Origin: a virus
Strand: one strand, 5' to 3'
Virus genome (UHGV): UHGV-0213215
Length of the DNA: 33,032 nucleotides
Position numbers and translations under genes: made by a program. Below, piece by piece: positions 33,013-33,032 of this stretch; the first letter of the stretch is position 1; every line of letters starts with the position of its first letter. The notes under the pieces were generated by a model. The model was not told where the DNA came from. It saw only the letters and a program-made list of their open reading frames with translations, and made no database searches.

Positions 33013-33032
33013 ATGGGACGTGACCTCAAGCT
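33013..33032 (+). CDS. 5' part (MGRDLKL) of the junction-spanning membrane protein continued at 1-136
   Basis: ATG one base after the endolysin stop; in frame with position 2 onwards if ends are joined. Confidence 0.7.

Noticed and set aside
1..33032. tRNA, rRNA or known ribozyme genes
   Set aside because: No cloverleaf/T-loop signature or hammerhead core was seen by eye in the intergenic gaps; tRNAscan-SE and Infernal would be needed to exclude them fully

Overview
The window looks like an essentially complete, circularly closed ~33 kb high-GC siphovirus-type phage genome with every credible gene on the + strand. The last 20 nt join base 1 in frame to give one intact small membrane-protein ORF. 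Gene order: (i) a five-gene cassette of unknown function downstream of the lysin (149-2168); (ii) recombination/replication: Sak/Rad52-like annealase, SSB, replication initiator, DnaC-like loader; (iii) an accessory region of small ORFs with dUTPase, RusA, HNH, two HTH proteins, an actinobacterial IHF (mIHF/sIHF)-like protein and three tandem paralogues; (iv) a ParB-like N-domain gene plus a TET-associated/GREB1-like glycosyltransferase next to terminase; (v) an A118/SPP1-like head and tail module; (vi) holin(s) and an amidase-SH3 endolysin. I recognise no integrase, no divergent repressor, no tRNA and no CRISPR array. High GC plus the mIHF-like gene point to an actinobacterial host, possibly Coriobacteriia (inference). 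The most notable non-coding signals are a perfect chromosomal parS palindrome (2207-2222), three dispersed 60-bp promoter-hairpin-RBS repeats with a compensatory base change, a kissing-loop RNA leader in front of the replication initiator, an 11-bp tandem repeat linked to a terminator, and an H-type pseudoknot in the scaffold/capsid leader. Product names come from motif recognition by eye, not database searches.
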